Origin: Eledone cirrhosa
Lineage: Eukaryota
Assembly (NCBI GenBank): GCA_964016885.1
Contig: OZ024741.1
Span: 149,172,001 to 149,236,000, forward strand
Direction of reading: 5' to 3'
DNA length: 64,000 nucleotides
Shown here: positions 26,360-41,728 of the stretch, in pieces
Numbering within the stretch: position 1 is the stretch's first letter
Layout of the letters: each line of letters opens with the position of its first letter
The notes under the pieces: model-generated
Database searches by the model: none
Told to the model about the DNA's origin: nothing
Seen by the model: only the letters and a program-made list of their open reading frames with translations
Made by a program: the position numbers and the translations under genes

Positions 26360-26680
26360 GGCGCAGTCATGCCTGTCTAGTTAATTAAGGAGCTCGCTTT
26401 GCACCCAAGCAATTTCAGGTTCAGCCCTTCAGCGTAGCACCTTGGGCAAATATCTTCTACTCTAGCCCCTCTTGTAGGCGGAAACTGTGTAGAAGTTTTG
26501 TTTGTGTGAGTATGTATCTATGTCCCATAATTTAGCGATTCCACAAAAAGGGATCAATAAAACATGTACTAGACATGAAAAACATAAGTATTGGGGTCGA
26601 TATGATCGACTGGAAACTATCTAAGACGGTGCCACAGCATGGTCACAGTTTAATGACTGAAACTTGTAAAAGAATAAAAG
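26360..26680 (+). mobile_element. tRNA-derived CORE-like SINE
   Basis: aggcgcagtcatgcc head, gcaccttgggcaaatatcttctac core, ggtgccacagcatggtcacagtttaatgactgaaac tail. Confidence 0.7.
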
Positions 26681-27239
26681 AATATCAACATCTAAAGAAT
26701 ATCAGACTTTTATCAAAATTGTAAGTGGTCTCATGAATAAATCCAATTAGTGTTTACTAGGTAATGATGTATCTAATTATTAAATTGACAATAAGGATAT
26801 AAATATTGAACCATCAACAGATGGCGTTGATGATGAATCTTATACTCTATTGGATGATGGCACCACCAACACTGAAAATTTCGCCTTCATAAAGAGTATT
26901 TACAGTAGTAGTGGACGTAGGCTTGGTCTAGTGGTTAAGAAGCTCGGTTTGCTAACATTAGGTCTAGGGTTTGATTTCAATGCGTAACGTCTTTTTGACA
27001 AGTTCCTGTTACCATAGGCTCGTATTCACCAAAGACATGTCGGTGAAATTGAGTAGACGGAGACTGTACAGAAGCCCATCAGATGGACTGTATCTGTAAT
27101 TCACCAGTCGATAAATAAAGTATCATTCCAGGGCGGTGGATTAGCGAAATTGTTAGAGGAGTGGTATTTTCTTTTCGGTTTTTGGGGTTCTGAGTTCAAA
27201 TTCCGCAGTGGCCTATTTGGATGAAACGCTAACGATTTA

Positions 27240-30200
27240 ATTTGTTACCCAGTTTAACACCACCACCTAGTCTTTGATTGGTAGACTTAATCTATTACTA
27301 GGTTTAACACCACCACCTTGCCCTTGGGTGGTAAACATAATCTGTCCACTAGTTTAGCACCACCTAGTCCTTAGGTGGTAGACATAATCTGTCCCCCAGT
27401 CTAACACCACCATCACATCCTTCATTGGTAGACTTAATTTGTCCTCCAGTCTAGCACCACCATCACATCCTTGATTGGTAGACTTAATCTGTCACCCAGT
27501 TTAACACCACCATCCAATCCATGGGTGGTAGACTTAATTTGTCACCCAGTTTAACACCACCATCCAATCCATGGGTGGTAGACTTAATTTGTCACCCAGT
27601 TTAACACCACCATCTAATCCATGGGTGGTAGACTTAATCTGTCACCCAGTTTAACACCACCATCTAATCCATGGGTGGTAGACTTAATCTGTCACCCAGT
27701 TTAACACCACCATCTGATCCATGGGTGGTAGACTTAATCTGTCACCCAGTTTAACACCACCATCTGATCCATGGGTGATAGACTTAATCTGTCACCCAGT
27801 TTAACAGCACCATCTGATCCATGGGTGATAGACTTAATCTGTCACCCAGTTTAACAGCACCATCTGATCCATGGGTGGTAGACTTAATCTGTCACCCAGT
27901 TTAACACCACCATCTGATCCATGGGTGGTAGACTTAATTTGTCACCCAGTTTAACACCACCATCTGATCCATGGGTGGTAGACTTAATTTGTCACCCAGT
28001 TTAACACCACCATCTGATCCATGGGTGGTAGACTTAATTTGTCACCCAGTTTAACACCACCATCTGATCCATGGGTGGTAGACTTAATTTGTCACCCAGT
28101 TTAACACCACCATCTGATCCATGGGTGGTAGACTTAATTTGTCACCCAGTTTAACACCACCATCCAATCCATGGGTGGTAGACTTAATTTGTCACCCAGT
28201 TTAACACCACCATCTAATCCATGGGTGATAGACTTAATCTGTCACCCAGTTTAACAGCACCATCTGATCCATGGGTGGTAGACTTAATTTGTCACCCCAG
28301 TTTAACACCACCATCCAATCCATGGATGGTAGACTTAATCTGTCACCCAGTTTAACACCACCATCCAATCCATGGGTGTGTAGACTTAATCTGTCACCCA
28401 GTTTAACACCACCATCCAATCCATGGGTAGTAGACTTAATCTGTCACCCAGTTTAACAGCACCATCTGATCCATGGGTGGTAGACTTAATTTGTCACCCA
28501 GTTTAACACCACCATCCAATCCATGGGTGGTAGACTTAATTTGTCACCCAGTTTAACACCACCATCCAATCCATGGGTGGTAGACTTAATCTGTCACCCA
28601 GTTTAAGACCACCATCTGATCCATGGGTGGTAGACTTAATCTGTCACCCAGTTTAACACCACCATCTGATCCATGGGTGGTAGACTTAATCTGTCACCCA
28701 GTTTAACACCACCATCTGATCCATGGGTGGTAGACTTAATCTGTCACCCAGTTTAACACCACCATCTGATCCATGGGTGGTAGACTTAATCTGTCACCCA
28801 GTTTAACACCACCATCTGATCCATGGGTGGTAGACTTAATCTGTCACCCAGTTTAACAGCACCATCCAATCCATGGATGGTAGACTTAATCTGTCACCCA
28901 GTTTAACAGCACCATCCAATCCATGGATGGTAGACTTAATTTGTCACCCAGTTTAACACCACCATCCAATCCATGGATGATAGACTTAATCTGTCACCCA
29001 GTTTAACAGCACCATCCAATCCATGGGTGGTAGACTTAATCTGTCACCCAGTTTAACACCACCATCCAATCCATGGGTGGTAGACTTAATCTGTCACCCA
29101 GTTTAACAGCACCATCCAATCCATGGGTGGTAGACTTAATCTGTCACCCAGTTTAACAGCACCATCCAATCCATGGGTGGTAGACTTAATCTGTCACCCA
29201 GTTTAACACCACCATCCAATCCATGGGTGGTAGACTTAATCTGTCACCCAGTTTAACACCACCATCCAATCCATGGGTGGTAGACTTAATCTGTCACCCA
29301 GTTTAACACCACCATCTGATCCATGGGTGGTAGACTTAATCTGTCACCCAGTTTAACACCACCATCTGATCCATGGGTGATAGACTTAATCTGTCACCCA
29401 GTTTAACAGCACCATCTGATCCATGGGTGGTAGACTTAATCTGTCACCCAGTTCAACACCACCATCTGATCCATGGGTGATAGACTTAATCTGTCACCCA
29501 GTTTAACACCACCATCTAATCCATGGGTGATAGACTTAATCTGTCACCCAGTTTAACAGCACCATCTGATCCATGGGTGATAGACTTAATCTGTCACCCA
29601 GTTCAACAGCACCATCTGATCCATGGGTGATAGACTTAATCTGTCACCCAGTTTAACAGCACCATCCAATCCATGGGTGGTAGACTTAATCTGTCACCCA
29701 GTTTAACACCACCATCCAATCCATGGGTGGTAGACTTAATTTGTCACCCAGTTTAACACCACCATCCAATCCATGGGTGGTAGACTTAATCTGTCACCCA
29801 GTTTAACACCACCATCCAATCCATGGGGGGTAGACTTAATCTGTCACCCAGTTTAACACCACCATCCAATCCATGGGTGGTAGACTTAATCTGTCACCCA
29901 GTTTAACACCACCATCCAATCCATGGGTGGTAGACTTAATTTGTCACCCAGTTTAACAGCACCATCTGATCCATGGGTGATAGACTTAATCTGTCACCCA
30001 GTTTAACAGCACCATCTGATCCATGGGTGATAGACTTAATCTGTCACCCAGTTTAACAGCACCATCCAATCCATGGGTGGTAGACTTAATCTGTCACCCA
30101 GTTTAACACCACCATCCAATCCATGGGTGGTAGACTTAATTTGTCACCCAGTTTAACACCACCATCCAATCCATGGGTGGTAGACTTAATCTGTCACCCA

Positions 30201-33200
30201 GTTTAACACCACCATCCAATCCATGGGTGGTAGACTTAATCTGTCACCCAGTTCAACACCACCATCTAATCCATGGGTGGTAGACTTAATCTGTCACCCA
30301 GTTTAACACCACCATCCAATCCATGGGGGGTAGACTTAATCTGTCACCCAGTTTAACACCACCATCCAATCCATGGGTGGTAGACTTAATCTGTCACCCA
30401 GTTTAACACCACCATCCAATCCATGGGTGGTAGACTTAATTTGTCACCCAGTTTAACAGCACCATCCAATCCATGGGTGGTAGACTTAATCTGTCACCCA
30501 GTTTAACACCACCATCCAATCCATGGGTGGTAGACTTAATCTGTCACCCAGTTTAACACCACCATCCAATCCATGGGTGGTAGACTTAATCTGTCACCCA
30601 GTTTAACAGCACCATCTGATCCATGGATGGTAGGCTTAATTTGTCACCCAGTTTAACAGCACCATCTAATCCATGGGTGGTATACTTAATTTGTCACCCA
30701 GTTTAACACCACCATCTGATCCATGGGTGATAGACTTAATTTGTCACCCAGTTTAACAGCACCATCTAATCCATGGGTGGTAGACTTAATCTGTCACCCA
30801 GTTTAACACCACCATCTGATCCATGGGTGATAGACTTAATCTGTCACCCAGTTTAACAGCACCATCTAATCCATGGGTGGTAGACTTAATTTGTCACCCA
30901 GTTTAACACCACCCTCCAATCCATGGGTGATAGACTTAATCTGTCACCCAGTTTAACACCACCATCTGATCCATGGGTGGTAGACTTAATCTGTCACCCA
31001 GTTTAACACCACCATCTAATCCATGGATGGTAGACTTAATCTGTCACCCAGTTTAACACCACCATCCGATCCATGGGTGGTAGACTTAATTTGTCACCCA
31101 GTTTAACACCACCATCTGATCCATGGGTGGTAGACTTAATCTGTCACCCAGTTTAACACCACCATCCAATCCATGGGTGGTAGACTTAATCTGTCACCCA
31201 GTTTAACACCACCATCCAATCCATGGGTGATAGACTTAATCTGTCACCCAGTTTAACACCACCATCCAATCCATGGGTGGTAGACTTAATCTGTCACCCA
31301 GTTTAACACCACCATCTAATCCATGGATGGTAGACTTAATCTGTCACCCAGTTTAACACCACCATCCAATCCATGGGTGGTAGACTAAATCTGTCACCCA
31401 GTTTAACACCACCATCCAATCCATGGGTGGTAGACTTAATCTGTCACCCAGTTTAACACCACCATCCAATCCATGGGTGGTAGACTTAATCTGTCACCCA
31501 GTTTAACACCACCATCTGATCCATGGGTGGTAGACTTAATCTGTCACCCAGTTTAACAGCACCATCCAATCCATGGATGGTAGACTTAATCTGTCACCCA
31601 GTTTAACACCACCATCTGATCCATGGGTGGTAGACTTAATCTGTCACCCAGTTTAACACCACCATCCGATCCATGGGTGGTAGACTTAATCTGTCACCCA
31701 GTTTAACAGCACCATCTGATCCATGGGTGGTAGACTTAATCTGTCACCCAGTTTAACACCACCATCTAATCCATGGGTGGTAGACTTAATTTGTCACCCA
31801 GTTTAACACCACCATCCAATCCATGGGTGGTAGACTTAATTTGTCACCCAGTTTAACAGCACCATCTAATCCATGGATGGTAGACTTAATTTGTCACCCA
31901 GTTTAACACCACCATCCAATCCATGGATGGTAGACTTAATCTGTCACCCAGTTTAACACCACCATCCAATCCATGGATGGTAGACTTAATCTGTCACCCA
32001 GTTTAACACCACCATCCAATCCATGGATGGTAGACTTAATTTGTCACCCAGTTTAACACCACCATCCAATCCATGGGTGGTAGACTTAATTTGTCACCCA
32101 GTTTAACAGCACCATCTAATCCATGGATGGTAGACTTAATTTGTCACCCAGTTTAACACCACCATCCAATCCATGGATGGTAGACTTAATCTGTCACCCA
32201 GTTTAACACCACCATCCAATCCATGGATAGTAGACTTAATTTGTCACCCAGTTTAACACCACCATCCAATCCATGGATGGTAGACTTAATCTGTCACCCA
32301 GTTTAACACCACCATCCAATCCATGGATGGTAGACTTAATCTGTCACCCAGTTTAACACCACCATCCAATCCATGGATGGTAGACTTAATTTGTCACCCA
32401 GTTTAACACCACCATCCAATCCATGGGTGGTAGACTTAATCTGTCACCCAGTTTAACACCACCATCCAATCCATGGGTGGTAGACTTAATTTGTCACCCA
32501 GTTTAACACCACCATCCAATCCATGGATGGTAGACTTAATCTGTCACCCAGTTTAACACCACCATCCAATCCATGGGTGGTAGACTTAATTTGTCACCCA
32601 GTTTAACACCACCATCCAATCCATGGGTGGTAGACTTAATTTGTCACCCAGTTTAACACCACCATCCAATCCATGGGTGGTAGACTTAATTTGTCACCCA
32701 GTTTAACACCACCATCCAATCCATGGATGGTAGACTTAATCTGTCACCCAGTTTAACACCACCATCTAATCCATGGGTGGTAGACTTAATCTGTCACCCA
32801 GTTTAACAGCACCATCCAATCCATGGGTGGTAGACTTAATCTGTCACCCAGTTTAACAGCACCATCTAATCCATGGGTGGTAGACTTAATCTGTCACCCA
32901 GTTTAACACCACCATCCAATCCATGGGTGGTAGACTTAATCTGTCACCCAGTTTAACAGCACCATCCAATCCATGGGTGGTAGACTTAATCTGTCACCCA
33001 GTTTAACAGCACCATCTAATCCATGGGTGGTAGACTTAATCTGTCACCCAGTTTAACACCACCATCCAATCCATGGGTGGTAGACTTAATCTGTCACCCA
33101 GTTTAACACCACCATCCAATCCATGGGTGGTAGACTTAATCTGTCACCCAGTTTAACAGCACCATCTAATCCATGGGTGGTAGACTTAATCTGTCACCCA

Positions 33201-34712
33201 GTTTAACACCACCATCCAATCCATGGGTGGTAGACTTAATCTGTCACCCAGTTTAACAGCACCATCTAATCCATGGGTGGTAGACTTAATCTGTCACCCA
33301 GTTTAACACCACCATCTGATCCATGGATGGTAGACTTAATCTGTCACCCAGTTTAACACCACCATCTGATCCATGGGTGGTAGACTTAATCTGTCACCCA
33401 GTTTAACACCACCATCCAATCCATGGATGGTAGACTTAATCTGTCACCCAGTTTAACACCACCATCCAATCCATGGGTGGTAGACTTAATCTGTCACCCA
33501 GTTTAACACCACCATCCAATCCATGGGTGGTAGACTTAATCTGTCACCCAGTTTAACAGCACCATCTAATCCATGGGTGGTAGACTTAATCTGTCACCCA
33601 GTTTAACACCACCATCCAATCCATGGGTGGTAGACTTAATCTGTCACCCAGTTTAACACCACCATCCAATCCATGGGTGGTAGACTTAATCTGTCACCCA
33701 GTTTAACAGCACCATCTAATCCATGGGTGGTAGACTTAATCTGTCACCCAGTTTAACACCACCATCCAATCCATGGGTGGTAGACTTAATCTGTCACCCA
33801 GTTTAACACCACCATCCAATCCATGGGTGGTAGACTTAATCTGTCACCCAGTTTAACAGCACCATCTAATCCATGGGTGGTAGACTTAATCTGTCACCCA
33901 GTTTAACACCACCATCCAATCCATGGGTGGTAGACTTAATCTGTCACCCAGTTTAACAGCACCATCTAATCCATGGGTGGTAGACTTAATCTGTCACCCA
34001 GTTTAACACCACCATCTGATCCATGGATGGTAGACTTAATCTGTCACCCAGTTTAACACCACCATCTGATCCATGGGTGGTAGACTTAATCTGTCACCCA
34101 GTTTAACACCACCATCCAATCCATGGGTGGTAGACTTAATCTGTCACCCAGTTTAACACCACCATCTAATCCATGGGTGGTAGACTTAATCTGTCACCCA
34201 GTTTAACACCACCATCTAATCCATGGGTGGTAGACTTAATCTGTCACCCAGTTTAACACCACCATCCAATCCATGGGTGGTAGACTTAATCTGTCACCCA
34301 GTTTAACACCACCATCTAATCCATGGGTGGTAGACTTAATCTGTCACCCAGTTTAACACCACCATCTAATCCATGGGTGGTAGACTTAATCTGTCACCCA
34401 GTTTAACACCACCATCCAATCCATGGGTGGTAGACTTAATCTGTCACCCAGTTTAACACCACCATCTAATCCATGGGTGGTAGACTTAATCTGTCACCCA
34501 GTTTAACACCACCATCTAATCCATGGGTGGTAGACTTAATCTGTCACCCAGTTTAACACCACCATCCAATCCATGGGTGGTAGACTTAATCTGTCACCCA
34601 GTTTAACACCACCATCTAATCCATGGGTGGTAGACTTAATCTGTCACCCAGTTTAACACCACCATCTAATCCATGGGTGGTAGACTTAATCTGTCACCCC
34701 AGTTTAACACCA
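27240..34712. repeat. 50-bp satellite array, about 150 copies
   Basis: Unit gacttaatctgtcacccagtttaacaccaccatccaatccatgggtggta with a few recurrent variant sites. Confidence 0.98.
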
Positions 34713-35309
34713 TACCCAGTCCTTGGATACTTTTAGTGGGGTCCACTCTGTTGCAAACGTTCGGAGCATGTTTCATCCGGTTAGAGGATACTTTCTTCCT
34801 CCCTCCTCCCACACACCAGCCACAGAGGCCCTGAAAAGGACCATGGACACTGCCCTTTCCTCCTTGATTAAACAGTAAAACAGAAAAGAAAGGAGGTGGG
34901 GCTGCAAACTTTCCACGGATACAAGTCAGTAGTGACAGCATGTCAACACGGCTACTGGTGATTCATAAAAGAAACAGAAGTAGATAAAGATCGTAATGAA
35001 GATATAGAGACGACAGGGCGATGGGGGGGGGGTCTGCATGAGAGTGTGTGTGAGAGAGAGAGAGAAAGTGGGGGAGAAGGAAAGAGAAAGTGAGTGTGTG
35101 TGTGAGAGAGAGAGAGGTGGGGGACATAGGGGAAAGAACGGAAAGAAGACAAACTTGTTATCTGATATGAAAAATCATCTGGAGCAGCTGAAGATACAGG
35201 GAGAGTGATAAGGTGTAAATAATTAGATTTATGGCAAGATAAAAAGACAGTCTAGGACCTCGAAGCAATAATTGACGGTGTGCGTCTATATATGTGTATA
35301 TATATATAC

Positions 35310-35352
<43 letters not shown>

Positions 35353-36109
35353 CGCGCGTGTTTATGTATATACATGTATAGTATTTGTATAAATTATGAA
35401 GAGTCGGGACCCGACAGCTGAGCTCTTGCCGTTTTGATAGTAAATAATAAAGAAAAATAATAAAGAAAAATGGGTAAATTACCCTTAGAGGCGACAAAAG
35501 AATGAAAGAATTGAACAAGTATTTTTAAATGAGGAAAGACTGTGCACTGAGCCAATCACACTCTCTGAGCGACAGTAGCTATAACCCTAAAAGAAGAAAA
35601 GATCAACATCATCGGTAACTACTGAGCCGCAAGCTTTATGTCGGAGTTATCCCAGTTTCCTGAGTTGCCTTCTCCTAGAAGAATGCCTTAACAAAGGCTA
35701 GGGGTCCTTCACTCCCAGTGGTTTAACCGCGCGATCGGGTATCCAGCCCGATTATTTCTATGTCCCCGCGCATATACTTACACATACTTATGTATATAAA
35801 TATTTACACATTTTTGGATGGCCGTTGACTATCATGAGTTCTTCCGCCCTTTGTCAGGTTTTGTTTTTTGTCCTGCAGGGTGTCCATAATCACCCTCCTC
35901 ACCAAGTAAACTTAGTGGGGTTGCCGGTTTAGTCGCCGACGATCCGACCATGCGACAGGTTGTACTGGGTTACATGCTACCAGTAGCACTCAAGAGTGAC
36001 CCGACATACATGCATACATACATACATACACACACACATACATACATACATACATACATACATACATACATACATACATACATACATACATACATACATA
36101 CATACATAC

Positions 36110-36790
36110 ATAGGAGAGATATGGAATAAAGCCTGATATAAATCTCTCACCCAAAGAAATCGGAAGATCCTATCTACCAAATATCTGCTGCACAAAAGGG
36201 GAGGGCCATCAGCTGACAATAAATGTAGGCTATGTAAAACAAAGATCGAGGATGTAAGCCACATTGTTGCCAGCTGCGAAAGAATGTCATCTCGCTACTA
36301 CCTCCCATGAGACACGATGGGATAGCTAGAACCATCTGGAACGCGCTTCGGAAAACAAAATTAACAACAAACGAGGAAGAATATATTGAAACAGATGGCA
36401 CTAAGGAATACTGGTGGAACCTGAAAATAAAAACTGCCACCAAATTAAAGCACAACCGGCCTGATATTGTTGTTTGGGACCACACATTGAAAACGTGTTC
36501 TGTTGTGGAGATCAGCTGCCCACTTGATGTAAACGTTGTCAGAAAAATACAGGAGAAGGGGGACATCTACGGACCATTGATGAGGAGTTTGCAAATCCAG
36601 TATCCAAGATACACCTTTAGCTTCATACCCATCATTATTGGTGCTACGGGTTATATACCAACCCGCTTGGACCACAGTATGACTGAACTTGGATTTGCGG
36701 ACAAAAAGCGCAGCTCCCTAATTCATAGTCTACAAATGGCTGCGAAAGCTGGCACCTTCAAAATTTGCAAAATATTCTTGCGATTCAAGG
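36110..36790 (+). mobile_element. RLE-type (R4/Dong-like) non-LTR retrotransposon 3' fragment 1
   Basis: CRLC...H...C finger, RHD motif, RPDIVVWD...VVEISCP restriction-like endonuclease, IPIIIGATG; preceded by (TACA)n. Confidence 0.85.
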
Positions 36791-36887
36791 GACGACAATT
36801 TCTCTTCTTTTACAACCTTGCCACCAGGAACGTGGCCGGTCAAAAAATATACTCGAAATTAAGAGAAAGAGATAACATACATACATA

Positions 36888-38230
36888 GACGAAATCCGAG
36901 CAATTGATGTTAAAACTCGAAAAATTCTAAACAACACCGGAAACTTCCACATCAACAGTGACATAGACTGTCTCTACTTGAAACGTAAGTAGGGTGCCAT
37001 ATGCCTAACATCAGTCCAGATAGCATTTGAGTGTTGCATCATATCCCTCCGACAACATTTACGAACCTCGATGTGTAAGAGCCCATCTATTGAGCAAGTC
37101 TGTCTGCATAGACAGATAATATCATGAGAGTTGAGAAGAAGCTCCTTGAAAGATACTCTCTGCATGATAATCAAAAACTCACAGCCAGGGAAATTGCCCA
37201 GCAGTACCAGAATCCATGGATGAAAAACTGCATGTTTATCAGCAAAAGATCATGCATGGATATGTTGGCAACAACCGCTATATTGGCTCCCACTTTGAGG
37301 GATACGCTTTTGCAATCCAAGAACAGGAAATTAACACGAAATACCTGATTCACAAAAGAGATAGGGATGCAGACAAAACGCCTAGATGTGATAACAAGTG
37401 CAGACTCTGCAGAATTAACATCGAAGATGTCACCCATGTCATCAGCAGCTGCCCAAAGATGTCATCTCGGTACTATCTACCTATGAGGCATGATGTAGTG
37501 GCCAAAACACTGTGCAATGTAATCCGTAGAAAATATAGACCCGATAATAAACACATTAAAAGCTACAGCAATGTGGAAGACATCCATATACATAATATGA
37601 AAGAGTACAGGTGGAATGTTCCAGTAAAAACCCCAATAAAATGCAGGCATAAAAGACCAGATATTATGATATGGGACAGGGAAAAGAAAGCATGCACAGT
37701 AGTGGAAGTTAGCTGCCCAGCAGATGCCAATATAATATCAAAGATTAGCGAAAAGGAGAATATTTATGCAGAACTGATGAGAAATCTGCAGGTATTCCAC
37801 CCTGATTACACCTTCAGATTTATGCCTGTGATTATTGGGGCACTTGGGTATGTTAGTGACTGCCTCAATACAAATCTTGAGAAGCTAGGCTTCACATGAA
37901 CAGAAAAACACAACTAGTTAGGAAATTACAAGTACAATTCATTAATAGAAAAGTAAAAATATGTAAAACATTCCAAACATTTTGCATCTAATTACTGCAT
38001 ATACACAAGTACAGATACAAAGCATATACACATGCACACATACAACTCAAAACATACACATCCACACATACAATAACATCCATATCTACACATGCATGCA
38101 TGCAGGAATGCATACATAATCTACCTAGTTGATGTGTAAATTCCAATGAGAGAGTCTTGTGTCTATGTTAGAAACCGACTCTCTCTCTCTCTATTGGCTA
38201 AAATTTGTGAAATTATAAAACCAGAAGAAT
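36888..38230 (+). mobile_element. RLE-type non-LTR retrotransposon 3' fragment 2
   Basis: AIQEQEI, CRLC..EDVTHVISSC, RHDVVA, RPDIMIWD..VVEVSCP, PVIIGALG; stops and deletions; TACA repeats on both sides. Confidence 0.85.
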
Positions 38231-38699
38231 ATACATACATACACACATACATATATGTGTTTAAATGTGTGTATCTCGTATATATAATGAAGGGTGAAAT
38301 ATCAATTTAACAAACGTTTATTTTCATTACTTGTATTTCACTCTAAATTCGGCTTCTGGTTCAAATACTTTCTATTCAGTTAGTCCATTTTATATCCTTT
38401 TTTCGTTCTCCTTTTCAAATTATACTTATTTGACGACCTAATCTACAGTAAACTCGAATGTTTGGTCAATGTCAGACTCTCCCCCAGAGTCCCATGACCA
38501 GGCTGCCTTGCCCAAACGGTTTGGGGCGTCGAAATCTACGTAAATGCTCGGCTCTGTCTCTTCACTGTTTTCTTTCCTCCATCCGCGCTTGCTCCCGTCT
38601 GGTAGGTAACACCCTCTCCTTTCCAGCATTGATTAGTTCTAACAGGGGAGAGATACCTTCAATAACTTTCGAGAGATACCTTCAATTCTCTCTTTGATC

Positions 38700-39390
38700 A
38701 ATCCGATCAATTTTCAAGGAGTCATCACTACCAGATGTACCTTGTGTACATCAGAAGAGGCTGTTGCAACTGGGTTAGGAGATAAGCAAACTATTCTCTC
38801 TCTGAAGAGAGGAGATCCCCAGACGCATTCCTGACAGTAGATGTCGAGGGGGACCTATTTCGAAGTCGGTGGATGGTCAGCCAGAGCACTTTATTTGGGA
38901 TTATCACTCCCGATTGCCATTGCTTAGGGGCCTTTCCAGTGATCCAGGCCACCCAGCACACATGAGACAGCCAGAGAATACCTTCTCTATTTAAGGCTTT
39001 TAAAATCTCAGGCCGGATTACATTTTCTTCGGCGGTCTTGTCACATTTGATCTCTTTAACTGCTCTTGTGACCTCAGCCTCGGGGAGATTCAGCACCGCT
39101 CCCAGATGCATCTCGTGTACATCCAAAGATGCTGTTGAGGTCCGGTTTAGGAGATCAGCAATGTATTTTTTCCACCTCGTGAGGATGCACCTCTCTGAGA
39201 GGAGAACCCCAGAAAGCAAGTGTAGAAGAGGACTTCTTATTACGAAGAACTCTTTATTTGCTGATCTGAAGTCGGATTCCAACTTAACCCCAAAGTCCTC
39301 CCATGTCTTAACTTTGGTCACCTTTACTGTCTCTGCTGCGATTCTTCGTGCCTGCTTGTACCGCAAGCGCAAGCAATCATCCCAGTACAT
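38700..39390 (-). mobile_element. RTE-clade LINE fragment (APE-RT linker), rearranged
   Basis: WEDFGVKLESDF, RWKKY..DLLN, IRPEILKAL, PKQWQSGVIIP. Confidence 0.8.
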
Positions 39391-40288
39391 TACCGGTGCT
39401 TTATTGTATCGACCCCGTAAGGGTGAAAGGCAAAGTTAACTTCGGAGGGATTTGAACTAAAACCGTAAAGGGCCGCAACTCTATGCTTCAAAGCATGACG
39501 TCCGGCCCTAAACCAAATATAAAGATCATACTAATTTATGTTTAATTACTTGTTCTTATTTTTATAGTTTTTACTTTTTATTTTTATCGTTGTTAAGCGC
39601 TGTTTCTTTATGAAATAGAGTTTAACTCTTACTGTTTATACGCATGTACAGAGCCCGTACTTTTTGGAGTCGAACCCAAAGATTACACAATTGATAGAAT
39701 TATCAATGCTTTTGAGCCGAATTTGGTGTAATGAAAGTAAATGTTTCTTAAGTTGAGCCAATAATTTACAAATAATTTGTTTATTTATAATTCTTACAGA
39801 ATGAAAATCTATACAAATATGTACAATACTTAATTACATATATCTACGTCTTACCCAGGGACAAAAGGTAAGACTATTTGTTCTCTTCCCATCAACTCTA
39901 GACAATCCAGCCGGCTCCAGGGCCCTCTTCATAATTAAATTTAGCTCGGTATGACGAGCGAAGTGACCAGCATTCAGGCCGCAAGACAAATCATGAAGAC
40001 CTGTGGAATCAAGGGGCCTTCCTCAGCGATATTTCAGTCCCCCACTGACATCGGTTCTCACTCTGAGTGCAATGGAGATGAGGAGCTCATGCTCTTCAGC
40101 TTTGATACCTATTCGCTGCAATCTCTGTTGATAGCAAGTATACGCCACTTTCCATCCATTTTGTTGACACTAATAAATGTTCATCATATGATGCTAAAGT
40201 TCTTTTTCATTGTTACTTTATTTTCGTCATCCTTTCTCCCTTATTTTTCACAATTCACCAAAAGTTCTGGTCCATCGATTTCATTCTC

Positions 40289-40362
<74 letters not shown>

Positions 40363-40390
40363 ATCTCATTTCTCAACTTATATTTTAGAC

Positions 40391-40674
40391 CAGGCATGGG
40401 CAACCTTTTTTGAGAAGCAGGCCGCATGAGATATCATCAGGCGGGCCGCAAGCGTTAATTCACATTCGTGACCACATTAAAAAAAAGGGTCGTAACTCAG
40501 GTTGTTTTGATTTATTCCTTCAGAATTCTTTGACATTGTTTTCTTCGATCGTAAACATGATAGAAAGATAAATTACGATTGAAAAGTTGGGGTAAAAAAA
40601 TCAGAAAGATTTCACTTAGGTGACTTAGGCGAGACATTCAGAAAACTTCGCAGGTCACAAGTTGCACATGACTG
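40391..40674. mobile_element. hAT (Charlie-like) MITE
   Basis: TIRs CAGGCATGGGCAAC / GTTGCACATGACTG; 8-bp TSD ttttagac / atttagac. Confidence 0.8.
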
Positions 40675-40840
40675 ATTTAGACTCTCTTTCTCCCTTTCTT
40701 TCGCTCTCTCCGTTCCTCCGCTCAATGTATGGTTATATCGTAACCCGACTTTTTACTTATACATACTGTAATCAACTATCTACACCTACAATTTTATGAA
40801 AATTCATATACACTCATCGCTTCAAGCCTTTTCAGTGAAT

Positions 40841-40889
<49 letters not shown>

Positions 40890-40982
40890 CAAACATACAT
40901 ATCATTATCATCATATTATCATCATATAATATGAGAAGATAAAAAAATCAGTCTACGGCTTAGTAGCAGTAATTAACGGTAC

Positions 40983-41017
<35 letters not shown>

Positions 41018-41072
41018 ACATATATATATATATATATATATATAACATATATATATATATATATATATATAT

Positions 41073-41109
<37 letters not shown>

Positions 41110-41116
41110 CATATAT

Positions 41117-41261
<145 letters not shown>

Positions 41262-41728
41262 CAGATAATAAGCTCTAGAGGATACAGGCTTTCGGAAATT
41301 CAATATTGGTAGATAAATAAAAAGGAGCTGATAAGTTGATGAAAAGATAAACGAAGTAGACTTGCCAGCACAAACAGAAAGAGAGAGAGAGAGAGAGAGA
41401 GGGAGAGGGGGGGGGCTAAACACACATAGATACCTGCATGCAGACACACAAAACACGTACACATGTCTCCAGTGATAGAAATAGCGGGTGTATTACACAG
41501 GAAGTCGGTGTACACCTACTTTTGAGTTTCCAGTGTGTGGAATTGGAGGTGGGGGTGAGGTGGGAGAGATCATAGTATTTCCCTACGCCTCCTTCGCAAC
41601 CTTATCCTCATCTTCATGGAATTTAGCGTACCCAGAGTTCCTTGTGGCACACAAATATGCATGGACATAGATAAACAAGCACACACATACACAAGCACTT
41701 TTGACACACACACATATATATATATATA

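Noticed and set aside
27240-34712. CRISPR-like regular array
   Set aside because: Head-to-tail 50-bp monomers with no unique spacers and no cas genes; eukaryotic satellite.
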